Origin: the human T2T-CHM13v2.0 reference genome, Homo sapiens
DNA: 64,000 nt
NCBI RefSeq assembly: GCF_009914755.1
Contig: NC_060932.1
Reading direction: 5' to 3' (one strand)
The notes beneath the pieces were generated by a model. The model saw only the letters and a program-made list of their open reading frames with translations. It was not told the DNA's origin and did no database searches. This document shows, one piece after another, positions 28,530 through 42,732 of this stretch. How positions within the stretch are numbered: the stretch's first letter is position 1; every line of letters begins with the position of its first letter. Both the position numbers and the translations under genes were made by a program.

Positions 28530-29010
28530 CATTCATCCAACAAACACTTGTTGAATGTCTATTTTGCTAGTATACACATAAAAATGGATAATACATTTTA
28601 TTACTAATGTACACATAGCTCATTCTCTTGCATTCAGCAGGTGTCTAATAAATGTCTAAATGAATGATTTAATTTAATCAGTGAATAAGTGACTTTTCAA
28701 CAAAAGGGATTTTGTCGTCCAAGCTGAGTATTCAGAAGGGGTAGTATCCATATTCTTATGGATCTTTATTTTATAGAAATTCTTATTCTTATACATTTCC
28801 AGGAACTATTGGACACTTCCTTTGTGCCAGTAGCTCATTTTCCCTATGAAAGAAGTGCTAATATGATTCTTGTTTTACAGACAGGCAACTGAGACTAAAA
28901 AGATAAGTAAATTGGCCAAGGTCATGCAGGAGGGACCAAACTAAGACCAAACCCCATTTCTGTTTGACTCATAACTCTAAGCACTAACTACTACTCAATG
29001 CAGCCTCTTA
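28530..29010. mobile_element. L2 tails and a MIR fragment
   Basis: CATTCATCCAACAAACACTTGTTGAATG; TTTTACAGACAGGCAACTGAGAC...GGCCAAGGTCATGCAG. Confidence 0.6.
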
Positions 29011-29884
29011 ATCCACAAGCTTCCCATTTTTTCCCATTGGAAAGCTGACAAGAGAATGATCACTTATACCCACTCTACTGCACAAAGTACCTTCACTTCC
29101 ATTCTGCTTCAGAACATTTCTGAGGAAAATGGGAGATTCTCAGAGGCATATACAAATTCAAAATCCAGGAGAATAAAAGCAGTTGGACTGGGCTTCAGGT
29201 AAACAAGTCTCAGGAATGCTTCCCTTCACTTTTATTTTTTCCAACCCTGGTATTAACCTATACATGGATTCTATTTGCCAATTTTCAATCCTGTCTTGTC
29301 CTTACAGAATGCCTTTCATTGAGTTTTTAGATTTTAAGTCTTTCTTTTGGGTGGCAGAGAATAAGGAGGATGAGCAGTGATTTATTATGCACTTAGACAA
29401 GAACCTGCCAAGCCTAGGATCGAAGATGCAAACTGTGAATTAGCCAAATACGCAATACATTTTGAATGTAAGAACAATTTTTTATGTTGGGGGTGGAGTA
29501 TGTAAAAGACAGTAAATGTCTCCTCTTTTCTTAAATATTTTTCAGGAAATAAGCTCACTTTTCCACAGAGGATGGTTTGATTAATGGTGTAGGGTGAACA
29601 TACTCAAATACAGGTAAGCTAGTCACAAAAGATCATATAGGTTCAGCCAAATAAGAAATCAATAGAGCTTCAGTGAAAAATAAATTTAAAAATATGGTTC
29701 CCTACTTCAATTTGTATAAACTCTGAATATCTTTTCTTTGAAATATCTGTTGTATAGAATCTGATTGTGCCTGTATATTCTGAGTATGGATCAAGTATTA
29801 AAGGAAAAAGAAAAAAAACCTTCCCCAACAAAGTCAATAATAGTATAACAATTCACCATGCATTAATTATGTAAAACAGAGACC

Positions 29885-30156
29885 ACAAATGTTCAACTTA
29901 CAGGCTTGTTTAATCTACAGACACATTTTAGCAGGAACAATATTATTTTCAAATATCTGATTTTCTAATGTTTAAACATTCATGTAAAAATGCAATTTGG
30001 AGTTTTTAAAACAACTTCTCAATGATAATTTATGTATAGTGACAGTCAGCTGCCGCTGAATAGAGGCTGGTCCCAGTAGACAGATTGTGCATACTCCAGT
30101 AAAATAATGTACATTATCTGCCAGGCCCTAAAGAACTTGAAATCTCAACCCACTGA
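29885..30156. mobile_element. MER103C-like hAT-Charlie relic
   Basis: GACAGTCAGCTG...GCATACTCCAG...GGCCCT...ACCCACTG pattern. Confidence 0.45.
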
Positions 30157-30331
30157 TGCCAAAAAGTTGACAACTTTTCATTAAATTATACTCTGTTTGA
30201 GGAGAAAAGATAAATCCTTAAAACTTTAAGTTGAGATTTTACACCATAAAATAGTTTCTTCCCATCTTTACCCTTGTCATATTAACTCCCTTCTATGTTA
30301 GAATACTTCCATAAAGAACAACTGCTTCATA

Positions 30332-30616
30332 GGCTGGGCACAGTGGCTCACCCCTGTAATCCCAACATTCTGGGAGGATAAGCAGGGAGGATCGATCACT
30401 TGAACCCGGGAGTTCAAGACCAACCTGCACAACATAGCGAAAACTCTGTCTCTACAAAAAAATATAAAAATGAGCCAGGCATGGTGCCATGCACCTGTAG
30501 TCCCAGCTACTCCAGAGGCTGAGGTGGGAGGATCAACTGAGCCCAGGAGGTCGAGGCTTCAGTGAGCCATGATTGTGCCTCCAGCCTGGGTGACAGACAG
30601 AACGAGATCCTGTCTC

Positions 30617-30640
<24 letters not shown>
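30332..30640 (+). mobile_element. AluJ
   Basis: J diagnostics (GAGCCCAGGAGGTCGAGGCT); long poly(A); TSD AAAGAACAACTGCT on both flanks. Confidence 0.95.
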
Positions 30641-30647
<7 letters not shown>

Positions 30648-31074
30648 AACTGCTCTTAAAGCAAGTAGGTCATACCCTGTGGGTTTATGTGAAGAAGCTG
30701 AGAACATCTTTAGATACTCAAAGCAACTGAGAAATGGGAAAATGTGAATGCCTGTTCTATTACATATTTGATATTCGCCTCAGGGATTATTGAACAGAGT
30801 TCAGTTGGCACTATTGGTTTACACTGATCAAAGTTAGTTAAACTGATTATGAAGCACCTTTTGACCTGATTATAACAGAGCAAATAACTTCCATACAATA
30901 AGAGGGTGACTTTGGGTGGTTGTTTGAAAACTTTTCTAACATAGATGAAATCTTTTCTCCTACAGAATCTTACATAATCTAAAATGTAAAGCAGATAAAC
31001 TCAATGCTGCTGCAGTGAGGAGGGATTTCACATTCTTTTGGAACAAGTGCACAGCACTTAGGACACAAGAAGTA

Positions 31075-31391
<317 letters not shown>

Positions 31392-31629
31392 TAAGATTTT
31401 GAAAACCATGGAAAAAGATTGTACATTATAGTTGTAAGTTACTTTCAATTCTAAATATCTATAATTCATTGACACTAGGGTAACACCTGTTTCTCATAAA
31501 GTCCTCTTACTAGCCATATGACCTTGGCAGGTAACTTAATGTCTCTGAGTGCTTTTTTCATACAATAGGATAATAAACGTGACTGTAATATACAGAAGAA
31601 AAGAGACATATGTGTGTGTTTCTGTGTGC

Positions 31630-32060
31630 ATCTTGGGTCCATTCCTTCTCCATCACCAACATAATAGGTTCAGATAAGGTTGATTCCATCCCCTGATTCC
31701 AAAAGTGACACAAGACACAGGCTGAAGCTAGAAAAATCATATCTAGGAGCTGTCAGCAAAGTGCTGCTTTTCCGGGGTTGCTGAATCAATAAAATGTAGA
31801 TGATCTGAAGCTATTTGCAGGCATATTTACCACTGTGTGAATAAGAACCTACCTGAGAATGATGCCAACAGAAATAAACACAGAAACAAGGAAAAAAGAG
31901 GGAAACCTTGCTGACTGTATTGCTTAAGCATCTGGATCCGCCCATGCCCAGAACTATCGCAGATTTTGTTACATTACATGAGTGAATTTATTTTCTTAAT
32001 TTGGAGAGCTAGTCCATGTTGATTTTTCTTTCATTTGCAATCAAAAAAGGCTAATAACAG
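31630..32060 (+). mobile_element. MLT1K/J-like MaLR LTR
   Basis: CCTACCTGAGAATGATGCCAACA, CATCTGGATCC, TCATTTGCAATCAAAA end motif. Confidence 0.65.
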
Positions 32061-32529
32061 GATCTTAACTATTAGGTAGCTCTCTTAAGAGTGAAGCAAG
32101 TAATGGAGATGGAAGCAATGTGTATTTTAAGTGCTAGCTTTGTTTTCCTCAGATTAGGTATTTTATGACCCATTATCCTAACTCAAAGCGAATTTGTATC
32201 TATTACCATCAAATTTTACAAATATTACTATTTCTGATTCAAGATGAGTAAAACAACTTGTGTCTACTTCTTAGTTATCTGTTTTTGTTCACAGGTCATA
32301 CTTATTTCATCTTCTACTAAGCCTTTAATGTGTAACTATTTCCAAACAGCAGCAGTTCTCCCAATTATGCTGTGAAAATTCACTACCAATGTTTGCCATC
32401 AGCAAGTAAATCACAGATGACAGATCATTGGAATTTTTCAGATTACTTTTGATTTTCTGAATGCCACGGCCCTCTCCATTTCTAGACTGTGAATGGGTTT
32501 ATGTTAGTATTCTAATGTATTGTAAAACA

Positions 32530-32890
32530 TAGAAATGGACAAGATCAAGAAGAAAAGCTTGGGATGTAGGACTAGAAAAACACTAAGAAAAAGTTTGATT
32601 ACCTCAAGGGTAGAGAGAGAACAGTGAAGAGTATTTGAAAAGTAGAAACCTAGTGTTATCATAGAAACTATGGGAGAAGACTTGCGAGTATTTCAAAAGT
32701 TACATAAAATAGAGAGAGATGAAGATGGGAAAATGTCCACTGAAATGGTGATCTAAGCTAGAGCATTTTCAGTACAGTTACGGAGGTGGAACTAGATTCA
32801 ATGGAAAAAAGAATGAAGGAGAGAAGGAAGTGGAGGTAGTGATTACTGACTATTTGTTGAACGTCTGCAGATGGGAAAGAAGGCTAAGTT
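32530..32890 (-). mobile_element. L2 fragment
   Basis: Purine-rich L2 antisense signature (GAGCATTTTCAGTACAG...GGAAGTGGAGGTAGTGA). Confidence 0.55.
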
Positions 32891-33516
32891 AAAAGGAATT
32901 TTTTAAAAAAATTAATGAACTGATGGAAATTGACCCACTACCATATATTAATCTACTTTCTTACACGTCGTGCAATTAAGTTAAAAACTGAAACATCGAT
33001 ACAGCCTCTGGATTGTTCTGATAATTCATGATTTCAAATAGACTATTCTTCTTGAAGATAGAGATAATTCCTTCTAATTATTCGAATTTTCCACATCACA
33101 TAACTCTGAATGGAGCAGAGTGGCTGGCTATGGGATTGAAATAACCATGTGAATAAACCAATTAAAAATGCTAATTCTGTCACAATTAATTAAAACTGTT
33201 TCAGATTATCTTATGCCTACTATGTGAGAGTTCTTTTAAAGGAAGAAAATTCTGAGGTAATGGAACAAATTTGAAGGATTTTTCTTCTTTAAGCATCCAG
33301 GGAATAATAAATTTATAATCAGCAAGCATTAATTCACAAAATATGTTTGACTAGAGAAAACAATGTCCATTCTTTTAATTGAAACACTAACTTTATGCCT
33401 GAAGGAAAAGGTTATATGGATTGCATATTAACAGTTTTAATAAAGCAGTATGTGAGGAAACAGTTACAAATCTGAGCATAAATCTTTCTTAGCTACATCA
33501 TACATGATGTCCATAC

Positions 33517-33945
33517 TGTCTTAGGTCTAGTTTTTTGGAAGCAGAGCCTAAGGCAATAGTATTTGTGCCAAGTATTTAAGGACGTGCTCCTCAGGGAGCT
33601 GGTAATGGGAATAATGAAAGCAGAATAGGGAAAGGGGAAAAGCCAAGAAAAGACAGGATTTCAGGCTGACTTCCAGCCTCACCTGGCCTACTTTACTCTT
33701 ATACCAGCCAATCATTGGTACAGGCCACTGCCCGATGGGCAGTCAGGCAGTCAGTAGGTAAATTCCCAGATGGAGGTTGCGGGGGAATTCCTGGTGGGAG
33801 GGAGTGGCTCCAATAGCTCAAGAGTAACCCTCTAATGAAAGCTGAAGCTAGTTTAGCAGCAAAGCACAGAATTAGGGTGATGGGTGCATAAAACCAGTAT
33901 AAGGGATCAGAGAGGATCTAGAGAGAGCATCAGCACTGCTCATGC
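33517..33945 (-). mobile_element. LTR33-like ERVL solo LTR
   Basis: TGTCTTAGGTCTAG...GAAGCAGAGCCTAAG start and CAGCCAATCATTGG internal motif. Confidence 0.55.
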
Positions 33946-33968
33946 TCTGGAACAGCTACTTTGGAGTG

Positions 33969-34039
33969 GCTCACTCAGCCTCTCTTCTACTCTCATTCTA
34001 TTAGCTCACTCAGCCTCTCTTCTACCCTCATTCTATTAG
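33969..34039. repeat. 35-bp tandem duplication (one mismatch)
   Basis: GCTCACTCAGCCTCTCTTCTAC(T/C)CTCATTCTATTA twice. Confidence 0.95.
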
Positions 34040-34269
34040 AGAAAGCGGAAAGTCAAAAACTTAATTTTGCTGATTTCCTTGCAGCTAAGTTTCTGTATCA
34101 GATATAGGTTCTATGAGATGTGGAAAGGGAAACAAGGTGGAGAAATCTTCCTGCAGATTTTGGCTATTGTTGCCATCTAGCAAGGTCATAAAAAATGTGA
34201 GTATTCCTGAGTAGTGTTATGATGTGCATTCCCCAGCATTGTGCAGGTCAAAAAGCAGTGATAGAGCAC

Positions 34270-35980
34270 CAGAAAGAATAAAATACTTAGGAATAAACTT
34301 AACCAAGGAGGCAAAAGACTTTTACACTGATAATGATAAAATATTTTTAAAAGAAATTAAAGACACAAATAAGTCAAAAATCATTCCATATTTGTGGATT
34401 GGAAGACTTAATATTGTTAAAATGTTCATATCAACCAAAGTAATCTGAAGATTTGATGCAATCCCAATAGCAGTTTTTGCAGACTAGAAAAAAAAAAATC
34501 CTAAAATTTATATGGAATTTTAAAGGTCCCTAAATAGCCAAAACAATTTTAAAAGAACTAGCATAACTGAGGTATCAAATTTCCGGATTTCAAATCATAT
34601 TACAAAGCTACAGTAATCAAACAGCCTGGTAGTGGCATAAAGACAGACATATAGACCAATGAAACAAAATGAAGATCCCAGAAACCAATTGTCACATATG
34701 TGGTCAAATGATCAATCATACCAAGACTACACAAGGGTGAAAGAATAGTCTCTTCAACAAATGGTGCTGGAAAAACTAGATCTCCACATGCAAAAGGATG
34801 AAGTTGAACTCTTACATTGCACAGTATGCGAAGATTAACTCAAAATGGATTAAAGACCTCAACGTAAGACCTGAAACTACAAAACTCCTAGAAGAAAACA
34901 TAGAGGGGAAGTTCTGTGGTGTTGAATTTAGTAAAGATTTCTTGAATATGACACCAAAAGCACAGGCAACAAAGCAAAAATAGACAAATAGGACTACATC
35001 AAACTTAAAAACTTCTACACAGCAGAAGAAACAACAGAGATAAAAGGCAACTTACAAAATGGAAGAAAATATATGTGAGCCATATATCTCATAGGGAATT
35101 AATATCCAGAATATTAAATAACTCCTACCACCTAATAACAAAAAAGTTCAATTAAAAATGGGCAAAGGATTTGAATAGACATTTCTACAGAGAAATACAC
35201 AAATGGGCAACAAGCATGTGGAAAGATGCTCAACATCACTAATCATCACAAATCAAATCTACAATGGGATGTTACCTCACATCTATTAACATGTTCACTA
35301 GCAAAAAATAAAAAAAAAATAACAAGTGTTGGTTAGGATGTGGAGAAATTGGAACCCTTGTGCACTGTTGATGGGAATGTAAAATGCTGCAGCCACTACG
35401 GAAAACAGCATGGAGATTTATCCAAAAATGAAAATGGAAGTATCATGTGATCCAGCATTCCCACTTTAGGGTATGGATCCAAAAGAATTGAATACAAGGT
35501 CTCAAACAGATATCTGTACTACCATGTTCGTGGTAGCATTATTCATAACAGCCAAGAGGTGGAGTAATCTAAATGTCTATCCACAGATCAATGGATAAAT
35601 AAAATGTGGTTTATAATACAACAGAATATTACTTTGCCTTAAAAAAGAAAAATCCTTTCACCTGCTACAACATGGGTAAATCTTGATGACATTCTAAGTG
35701 AAATAAATAAGCCAGTTGCAAAAAGACAAATACTGCATTATTTCACTTATAAGAGGTATCTAAATAATCAAACTCTTAGAAATAGAAAGTAGGTTGGTTT
35801 TTGCCTGGGGCTGGGAGGAGAGGAAAGAGGGAGTTGTTGTTCAGTGGGTATAAAGTTTCAGTTTTGCAAGGTGAAAAAGAAATCTGATGTATAGCAGTAT
35901 GCATATAGTTAACAGTACTCAACTGTACACTTTAAAATGATGGTAAATTTTATGTATGTGTTTTTTACATTTTTTTAAAA
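34270..35980 (+). mobile_element. LINE-1 L1MB-like, 3' 1.7 kb
   Basis: ORF2 relics [11 protein letters not shown]...[10 protein letters not shown] and [16 protein letters not shown]; L1MB-type 3'UTR. Confidence 0.9.
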
Positions 35981-36118
35981 AGGCATTGACAATGGTAGAG
36001 GCTACTTGTGCTGACCGTCTATTACTAAATTGAATCTCTGAGTGTTCATTCTCCAGGTTCTGGTAGTGACAGGTTGGTGGTATAGCTCTAGCTGCACCTT
36101 AGAAGGGCTCCTCTAGAG

Positions 36119-36274
36119 CAGTGGCTCTCATATTTTAATGCAGCATGCACAAATCACTGGGGATTTTACTAAAATCAGATTCTGATTCAGTTAGTCTGGG
36201 GTAGTGCCTGAGATAAACAAGCTCCCAGGTGATGCAATGCTGCTGATGCTCAGGCCAGACTTTGAGTATCAAGG
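36119..36274. mobile_element. MER5-like hAT-Charlie element
   Basis: CAGTGGCTCTCA...CAGATTCTGATTCAG...AACAAGCTCCCAGGTGATGC; CTCTAGAG/CTCTAAGA flanks. Confidence 0.75.
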
Positions 36275-36827
36275 CTCTAAGATCAATTCTGTCATTCTAT
36301 GCCAAGTTCTATTCTGGGTTAGTGCTAGAATGGTAAACTCAAGGCAAGGTGTGTGTTTTCACTAAGCTTACATAACGTCAGTGAGAGACAGTCAACAAAT
36401 AAATAAATAATAAATAGGTAGTGAAAAGTGCTCTAAGGCAAGAGGTTGATAGGTTGATCAGGGATGCAGGTTTAATCAGTCACTAAATTTGATACATTTA
36501 CTAAATTTGATACATGCAATGTATTTGATACATCATTGCATACATGCAATGATGCCTGGGTCTTAGAGAAGGAACAAAGTGAGCAAGGCAATTGTGGTTC
36601 TCATGATGGGAAGGCCAGTCTCGCACATGCGTGAAAAGCCCAGACAGGGAAGCAGTGGAGAAGGGTATCTTCTTCACCCTGAAGGTGCTAGTTAGGAGAA
36701 GCGAGTCTTAGGACATTTGCCTTAAAGAGCCAGCCAATCCGATAGACAGATGACAGGACTTTGATGTCTAAACGTTTACAGTTGTAGAATATAGGCAGTA
36801 TGGCAATAAAGTCAATGTGAATCAAGA

Positions 36828-36935
36828 AAGAAGGGTGAAAGGACAGAAGAGAAAGAAGAAAGGAGGAAGAAGAGGATGAGTTTGAAAAAGAATGGATGAA
36901 GAGAAGATTCAGAAGTAATAGTAAAGAGAAGAAAG
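36828..36935 (+). repeat. GA-rich low-complexity tract
   Basis: Purine-rich GAAGAA/GGAGGA runs. Confidence 0.7.
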
Positions 36936-38440
36936 TGGCTGTCTGCAAGTCACAAAGCTCCACCTACTGATAGGAGAAGTTTCTGCGTTAAACATTAATA
37001 GAATCTCTTGCAGGAGATAGAAAAATGATCCAATAAAGTAAATTGAATGGGTGTTAGGATCCCTATATTTCACTCCTAAGTGTGTGACCTCAGGCAAGCC
37101 ACAACATCAGGGAGCCTTGGCAGCACAACCTGTATAGCCATACTTCCTAGAGAGGGCTTCAGAAAGTATTAGCTGAAGTGGCAAGTGTGGAACCAACGAC
37201 AAATAAGAGAACTCACTAGGATTTAGAGGCCATTCATTCTCCTCTTATTTACCATTCTGAGTTGACACACTTTTTGGGCCCTATTGGCCCCCAGACAAGC
37301 CTTTCCCTGAAGTGGGAGGGTTAATTTTATACTTTGATCAACTGTAATACTGCAACAATCCACATTGTTTTCATTCTCTCTCATCTGAAGTCCTACTTCA
37401 GCTATAGCTATGGCACCGTGTAGCACTTAAAACCTTTTTTTCTAGTTTCAAGTAGATGATGTATAGTTAACTTTTATTCATTGACTATATTCCATCTTGT
37501 TTCATAAGTATTTCAAGATTGCTTAAAAAGGCATATATAATAAATGAAAGTGTTAACTTAAAAGTAATGTTCTGAGAGTAGAAATTAAATCAAGAGTACG
37601 AACACATCAGATTCAGGAGTGAGATTAAAAGTTAATATCATCAGAGCCCTCAGGCTTTTGGCTCTGAGCTTTCTGACAGCCAAATGTATGGCTCACCATT
37701 TTCCAAAATGGGAAAGCTGTCTATAAAATGACAACTAAACAATTACTTACTAGAAGAATAGCAGCTCTTACTTCCATGAAAATCTTGCTAGAAAGGACTC
37801 TGTGAGAAATAATGATCTACATCCTTAAGAGACACATGATGGAAATTCTTTCTTATACTCTTCAGAGTAGCCTGATACATCATGTTAAAATTAATTCAAT
37901 AAAATCAATTCTGGGATAACTGTGGATATAGGAACAATACTTCCATTTGTGTTGAGATTTTGTCACACTTGGCTAATTCTTTTAAAGACTGTATAATGGC
38001 ATTTAATGGGGAAAAGAAGAGTCTAACAGTGAGGCATTTCTGGATTTAAATACCATCCCCACTGCTAAATAACTTTGCGGTCCTAAGCAATATTTTAATG
38101 CTGCTGAGTCTCAGCTTTCTCACTTTCGAGACTAAATGATGAACAGGAAAGCAGCTAGCATGGGGCCAGGCACATACTAAGTTCATTTTCTTGCTTCCTT
38201 CTGTAATCTTCGCAATGGCTAGCACAAGCCTCTAGAATTAGTAGGCACTCAATAAATATTTGCTCAACTGCATTCTGGCCTCTAGTATACCCTGGCCCTA
38301 TTAAGTCCCTGAGGCCCAAAGGGACTCAAGGCTAAGTCCCTTGGGCCATCCTCAAAATGTAGATATCTCAGTGTGAGATTCTCTGATTTTTCTTAAAATC
38401 TGATGCCATGTAGGCAATGCTGTAAGATTGTAGACGCCTT

Positions 38441-38677
38441 AGAGTGGGCAGTTTCTAAAAGGGTTTCCAATGACCCCTGCTTCTGGTATTCATGGCCCTT
38501 TGTGTAATCCCCTTACCATTGAGTGTGAGCTGTATCCAGTGATTCGTTTCTAATGAATAGAACGCTACAAGGTGACAGGATGTTACTGCTGAGATTAGCT
38601 TACAAATGGCTAACTTCCATCTTGCTAACATTGCCTGCCCCCCCACCCTTCTCTCTCTCTCTCTCTTTCAACCCTCC

Positions 38678-38729
<52 letters not shown>

Positions 38730-39103
38730 AGTTCTTCTTGCCTGCTTGCTCTTACAAAGTTGCCATGTTGTAAACTGCACTGTAGGGAATCTCATGTGGG
38801 AAAGGAGAGCTACCTCCAACCAACAGCCAGTGGTACTGAAGCCTTAAATCTAACAACTCTTGAGGAACTGAATCCTGCTAACAACGATGTGAGTGAGTTT
38901 GGAAATGGATCTTTCCCCCATCAAATCTTTATATGATTGCAGCCACAGTTAACAACACCTTGATTATACCCTATGGGAAAAGCAGATGGCCCAGTTAAAC
39001 TGTGTCCAGATCCCTGGCTCACAAAAACTATGACATAATAAATGTGTATTGTTTTAAGCTGCTTAATTTTGGAGTATTTTTATGCAGTAATAGATAACTA
39101 ATA
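38441..39103 (+). mobile_element. MLT1F/G-like MaLR LTR containing a (CT)n(CA)n microsatellite
   Basis: TGACCCCTGCTTCTGGTATTCATG...TGTAATCCCCTT; GAACTGAATCCTGCTAACAAC; AATAAATG...TTTTAAGCTGCT...GCAGTAATAGATAACTAATA. Confidence 0.8.
38680..38729 (+). repeat. (CA)n microsatellite
   Basis: Directly visible. Confidence 0.95.
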
Positions 39104-39710
39104 TATATATTCCTTTAGCCTAGTGGGCACAAAGCCCCATCTCTGCTCTGACCTAGATTTCATTGTTTCCTAATGAGTACAAGATAATCACAGACAAAAT
39201 AGTAACAATGGGAAAACAATATTGTACGCAAAGCTAATCTGAAATTTGCAATCCTCTTGATTTTAGCTGGTGTTTTAGGCAGTAAGGGAAACTCTGTGGT
39301 TAAGTTTTGAAACCCTGACCTTGCATTTGTAAGTGACTCCCAACTGGATTAATGAAATTTGAGCCTTCATTCCATTTCTGAGTGGTCTTCCAGCTATTCT
39401 CCTCCATAGAGCTTCCTGGAAAAGTCCTTAAAATGCAGCTTTAGTGCCACAGGCATTAAGAAAATAGTATTACTATTAGCCTGTCAAATGCATAGAATTA
39501 CAGATATTAATAAATCAATCCTCAGGACCAATCTATAGAATAATGCTGGAAATAAAAATGCTTCCCATTGAGAAGTGTTGTGCATTCATTAATAAGCAGA
39601 TTTTCCCTACCACTCTTTCTCTCTCTCTTTCCCTCTGTGAGCCCTAGAAAGATTCACCAACTTGGTTCTCTGGTGACTCTTTCCTACCCTATCCCAGCTA
39701 CATTCCCCCC

Positions 39711-39711
<1 letters not shown>

Positions 39712-39744
<33 letters not shown>
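39712..39744 (+). repeat. (CA)n microsatellite
   Basis: Directly visible. Confidence 0.95.
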
Positions 39745-39745
<1 letters not shown>

Positions 39746-40864
39746 CTGAGATTTTACATGTGGGCAAATAACCCTTAGGAAAATGGTGGCATTTTTGACA
39801 CATTGACAAATGTTTAAAGAATGCGCATTCTTATAGGACGTCCCGGTGATTTCTATGCACATCATACTTGCGAAGCATAGCCCTTACTTCAGTCTCACAG
39901 TTCGTCATTCTTTCCTAGTAGACTTCCATGAATTGTCCAGACAATATAGACTCACGGGATTGATTTCTGAATCTTCCTCCATGTTCTTCTTTCCCTATCC
40001 CCAAATTGAGAAGGGTTTGAGTAAACACTGTTCCCCTTGGGTGCAGGGGTAGTCAACAATCATCTAAGTTAGGTTAATCTTATGTTCTTAATACGTACCA
40101 TATATTTTGAATTATAACTAGTGCATGTGGAAAATCTTTAAAAATTGAGAAAGTATTTGGAAAAAAACCTTGTAACTTCCCAGCTAAGCAGTTACCGTTT
40201 AGCTATACTGTCTTTGTCTTTCCTTCATGCATATGCATAATATATATTGAAATAATAAACAGTAAATATACAAATTCAGTCCTTAAGGTAGAATTCAATT
40301 TATACTATTTACACTTTTGTTTCAACTAATAATAAACAATAAACATTTCCACCTGCATTAAATCATCAAAATGTGACTTTATTGTCACATGGTACTACAT
40401 CATAAGTTATGTCAGGTACATACTTTTGATTTAAGAGAAACATGCATGTATCCTCCACAAAACTGAGACATTATTTAAGCATTGTCATATTTTTCTTAAG
40501 GATAGAACAGTGCTGAGCACGTAGTAGATGCCTTCAGTAATATACCTTGTACTGAAGACAGGATGTCTGGGCACCTTATAAATATTTAATTGAATTTTCC
40601 CTCATAAAGAGTTATGTTAACAAAGGTCTTCAATCTACATATAATAAGTAATTTCAAAAAGGTTCAATGACAGATTGTATTCTTCTTTGATATAGGTGTA
40701 TTTTTCTTTCATATAGGTTTCATGTTTCAAGAAGGTTTGGGACTATTGTGGTAATTCCCAGGGAACTTCTGATTTGGTATAAGTTCAGTACAAAGAGATG
40801 CTTTGAGGTAATATCACAAGTGGCAGTGGTATCACTACAATTTGGGTGATTTCTAAATAAAGTT

Positions 40865-41239
40865 ACATATGGTTTGGCTGTGTGCCCCACCCAAATCTCA
40901 TCTTGAATTGTACTCCCATAATTCTCACATATTGTGAGAGGGATCCAGTGGAGGATAATTGAATAATGGGGGCAGTTTCCCCCATACTTTTCTCATGGTA
41001 GTGAATAAGTCTCATGAGAGCTGATGGTTTTATCAGGGGTTTCCTCTTTTGCCTCTTCCTCATTCTCTCTTTGCCTGCTGCCATCTATGTAAAATGTGAC
41101 TTGCTCCTCCTTGCCTTATGCCATGATTGTGAGGCTTCCCCAGCCATGTGGAACTGTGAGTCCAGTTAAAACTCTTTCTTTTGTAAATTGCCCAGTCTCG
41201 GGTATGTCTTTATCAGCAGCATGAAAACAGACTAATACA
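40865..41239 (+). mobile_element. THE1 (B/C-like) MaLR solo LTR
   Basis: ATATGGTTTGGCTGTG...CCCAAATCTCATCTTGAATTG...ACAGACTAATACA. Confidence 0.92.
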
Positions 41240-41457
41240 GAGTTCATCAGATAAGCCTGCTAATTGCTCTGTACAAATTTCAAAGTAAAGTCTTGTCTCT
41301 CCCAGTGTCCTACATTTCATCATTTCACAAAAACTCATCTCTGTGCCATCTAGTGTTAAGGAATCTGTTTCATATCATAATGCCCTTTCAATGGCAAACA
41401 TTTAAAAAAGAATGAGTATCAGAAACCTAGCTCCAACTACTGGACTTGTATCTAGAG

Positions 41458-41689
41458 AAAGGTATCTCAACCTCAGCACTATTGGTACTGTGGGCCAGAC
41501 AATTCTTTGTAGTCAGAGAATGGGGTGTCTTGTGCGTTGTAGGATAATTAGCAGCATCTCTGTGGTTTATCCACCAGAGGCCAGTAGCAAAATCCCTTCT
41601 CCCCCCAAATTGTAACCAGAAATGTCTCCAGATATTGTCAAACTTCCTCTGGGTGGACAAAATCATTCTCCTGTTTAAGAACGATTGAT

Positions 41690-41690
<1 letters not shown>
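41458..41690. mobile_element. MER20 hAT-Charlie element
   Basis: TCTCAACCTCAGCACTATTG...AATGTCTCCAGATATTGTCAAA; 8-bp TSD ATCTAGAG at 41450-41457 and 42741-42748. Confidence 0.88.
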
Positions 41691-42732
<1,042 letters not shown>

